Shown here one piece after another: positions 33,911-34,624 of a DNA stretch of 34,624 nucleotides (the first letter of the stretch is position 1; each line of letters starts with the position of its first letter). Both the position numbers and the translations under genes were made by a program. This DNA comes from Halocafeteria seosinensis. Its lineage: Eukaryota. The notes beneath the pieces were generated by a model. The model was not told the DNA's origin and did not search any database. It worked only from the letters and a program-made list of their open reading frames with translations. The stretch lies in contig LVLI01000696.1 in the NCBI GenBank assembly GCA_001687465.1, positions 62,001-96,624 on the forward strand, given 5' to 3'.

Positions 33911-34624
33911 GCCCAACTAGTTATTAAGCAGATCAGTGGTGAATGGCAAGCACGGGACAGACTCCTTTGTGCTAAACTGGAGGGCGTATTAAGGGAACTG
34001 AGGGGATTGCGGCGAGTGAAGGTGTATTGGCGATATATAAAGAGAAGCTTTAATTCAGAGGCCGATCGGTTAGCAAACTTAGCTCTAGATGAGAAAATCG
34101 GCACGTCAGAGAGCAACCGGCAGACACGGACTGCCCGCTCAGTATACTGCCCTATATGCTCGACGGGCTTTAAGGGCCTGTCGGCTTTAGCTCAGCATCT
34201 TCGCAACAGCCATCCTTCGGCGAGCCTTTCTGATTCATGGATTACCTCCTATAAACTAGGAAAGTGCCCACAGTGTTGCCACGTCTACCGCAATGTCAGT
34301 CAACATCTTCGTTCGTGCAAAAGCGCACCTCCTCCGGAAGAGCCTCCGGAACGCCAGGACGCCGCCATATTCGAAGTTAAGTCCGATGCAGGCTTGCTGG
34401 AGGCGATCACGGAGGCTGCAAGAGGGGAATCCGGTGGTTGGGACCGCTTGTTAGGCCCTGATAACCCTCGTGATTCGGTGGAGATTCCGGCACAGGAAGA
34501 GGAGGAAGAAATACCACCCGCATCGATGGAGGACCAGTTACTAGCTGCTCAAGCAGAATTGGAGAGAGGCTCTATCCGTAAGGCGTCGAATGAACTGACG
34601 TCTTGGGGATTAGCACCCGATAAC
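33911..34624 (+). mobile_element. Non-LTR retrotransposon ORF fragment: partial RNase H-like domain + two zinc fingers + start of the pre-RT region; runs off the right edge
   Basis: One open frame, absent from the ORF track: QLVIKQISGEWQAR..L..WRYIKRSFNSEADRLANLALD, then CPICSTGFKGLSALAQHLRNSH, CPQCCHVYRNVSQHLRSC, then ELERGSIRKASNELTSWGLAP. Confidence 0.82.

Overview
Gene-dense eukaryotic DNA with short (mostly 60-90 bp) GT-AG introns, most consistent with a compact protist genome (stramenopile-like by inference only). Positions 1-30.5 kb hold about 14 protein genes: an ankyrin-repeat protein (partial), a hypothetical protein, two tandem intronless paralogs fusing a dsRNA-binding-domain-like N-terminus to a HerA/FtsK-superfamily P-loop ATPase, an EVE-domain (THYN1-like) protein, a tetraspanin-like protein, a Lys-rich protein, a 4EHP-like eIF4E, an FSH1 serine hydrolase, ATG16L-like, coatomer zeta, a PEX14-PUB-KPWE-like fusion, a CTFxP-repeat protein, a Na/Pi-cotransporter-like protein and eIF3b. 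About 12.3-15.3 kb looks like decayed coding sequence. The last 4 kb is a cluster of degraded CRE-like (RLE-type) non-LTR retrotransposon fragments, one with an RNase H-like domain and C2H2 fingers ahead of the RT. The best candidate for a new system is the dsRBD-HerA pair (2194-6715), possibly a dsRNA-sensing defence module. All domain calls come from motif recognition by eye; no searches were run.
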